Below the pieces are notes generated by a model. That model searched no databases. It was not told the DNA's origin and saw nothing but the letters and a program-made list of their open reading frames with translations. Of a stretch of 64,000 nt of DNA, positions 62,962 through 64,000 are shown in pieces. Position 1 is the stretch's first letter. Every line of letters begins with the position of its first letter. The position numbers were made by a program, and so were the translations under genes. Origin of the DNA: an uncultured cyanobacterium (lineage in GTDB: Bacteria; Cyanobacteriota; Cyanobacteriia; Cyanobacteriales; Nostocaceae); NCBI GenBank assembly GCA_963706595.1, contig OY970166.1, positions 3,168,001 to 3,232,000 of the forward strand. The letters run 5' to 3'.

Positions 62962-64000
62962 ATGGCAAAAGTTCAATTAGAAGACATTAGGCGTAAATTC
63001 AATAACGTCACGGCTATCGAAGATATTACCTTTGAAATTCCTGATGGAGAATTTTGGGTGTTAGTGGGGCCTTCTGGTTGTGGTAAATCTACGATTTTAC
63101 GCACGATCGCGGGGTTGGAATCGGCGACATCGGGTAATCTATTTATCGGCGATCGCTTGGTAAATAATATCCCCGCTAGACAAAGGGATATCGCGATGGT
63201 GTTCCAGAATTATGCCCTTTATCCCCACATGACGGTGGCGCAAAACATCGCCTTTGGTCTACAAATGCGGAAGGTTGATGCTAAAATTATTCAAGAACGA
63301 GTGGTGACTGTGGCGCGATCGCTTTCTCTCGAACATCTCCTAGACCGCAAACCCAAACAACTTTCTGGGGGACAGCAGCAACGGGTAGCATTAGGACGTG
63401 CGATCGCCCGTGAACCACAAGTATTTTTACTTGATGAACCTTTGTCTAATTTAGATGCTCAGTTACGAGATGATACTAGGGCAGAGTTGAAACAGTTACA
63501 TCAACAGTTAGGCATTACCACGATTTATGTGACTCATGACCAAGTTGAGGCGATGACTTTGGCTGATAAAATTGTGGTGTTAGATCGAGGGAGGATTCAG
63601 CAAATTGGTGATCCTCAAAGTATTTATGCCCTTCCTGCTAATCTCATGGTGGCAACTTTTTTGGGTAATCCACCTATGAATATTTTGCCAGCTGTCTATA
63701 AAAATGATGTTTTTGATTTGAGTGGTCAGTCTTTAGCGGTTCCATCTGTGGTGAGGGAAAAGGTGCAGTTACGCCAGGGTCAAAGTTTTGATCTGGGGAT
63801 TCGTCCTGAACATATCAGTATTAACGAACCGCCAAGTCGCCAAGTACGCCAAGAGGAAGAGTTGGGAGGGTTATCGGTTGAGGTGAAGGTGGTGGAACCT
63901 TTGGGACGGGAAACTTTGATTCGGGCGAGTTTACCGGGTTCAATGGCGGTGTTAAATATTCAGACGACTGCTGATGTGCGTCCGCGTCCAGGCGATCGCT
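62962..64000 (+). CDS. Sugar ABC transporter ATP-binding protein (MalK/UgpC-like), partial at window end
   Basis: ATG 62962; GPSGCGKST, MVFQNYALYPHMTV, LSGGQQQR, LDEPLSNLDA. Confidence 0.92.
   Translation, partial: MAKVQLEDIRRKFNNVTAIEDITFEIPDGEFWVLVGPSGCGKSTILRTIAGLESATSGNLFIGDRLVNNIPARQRDIAMVFQNYALYPHMTVAQNIAFGLQMRKVDAKIIQERVVTVARSLSLEHLLDRKPKQLSGGQQQRVALGRAIAREPQVFLLDEPLSNLDAQLRDDTRAELKQLHQQLGITTIYVTHDQVEAMTLADKIVVLDRGRIQQIGDPQSIYALPANLMVATFLGNPPMNILPAVYKNDVFDLSGQSLAVPSVVREKVQLRQGQSFDLGIRPEHISINEPPSRQVRQEEELGGLSVEVKVVEPLGRETLIRASLPGSMAVLNIQTTADVRPRPGDR

Larger units (their letters stand above)
1..64000. repeat. HIP1 octamer GCGATCGC dispersed throughout core genes
   Basis: Dozens of copies (e.g. 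373, 981, 3610, 23327, 48241); I saw none in the HEPN gene, the RelE-like pair or the tnpB genes. Confidence 0.9.

Noticed and set aside
1..64000. CRISPR array, tRNA or rRNA
   Set aside because: No regularly spaced 25-40 nt direct repeats with unique spacers, cloverleafs or rRNA-like sequence were seen.

Overview
Chromosomal segment of a filamentous heterocyst-forming cyanobacterium (Nostocales-like). This is inferred from the many HIP1 GCGATCGC sites, heptameric STRR arrays, Yfr1, XisH/XisI, GUN4 and Ycf35. The backbone is housekeeping: plsX-fabH-fabD-plsC, pepA, metG-labA/NYN-lptC, dacB-like, LOG, guaB-Yfr1-trxA, mutS2, ferredoxin/ycf35, bioU, pilB-pilT-pilC divergent from grpE-dnaK-dnaJ-tusA-like-rsgA, GH57, rsmG, icd, GUN4 and a sugar ABC ATPase. 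Accessory material: (i) an AT-rich toxin/defence patch at 30.3-34.1 kb (PIN plus degenerate PD-(D/E)XK protein, orphan UPF0175, two-HEPN-motif protein, XisH/XisI); (ii) two translationally coupled RelE-like genes with no antitoxin at 51.3-52.0 kb; (iii) three different TnpB/omega-RNA-type elements: one inserted exactly into the dnaJ/tusA TAATG overlap, one IS607-like with a divergent 49-aa ribbon-helix-helix gene instead of a transposase, and one protein-less right-end/omega-RNA relic upstream of grpE; (iv) many nested MITE/REP/SDR repeats, some in-frame inside genes; (v) long rod-like hairpins in the chaperone-operon spacers. Four genes (EcsC-like, mutS2, pilC, grpE) each carry a single +1 frameshift, most likely sequencing error. 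No rRNA, tRNA or CRISPR array was seen. All protein assignments come from motif recognition by eye; no database searches were run.
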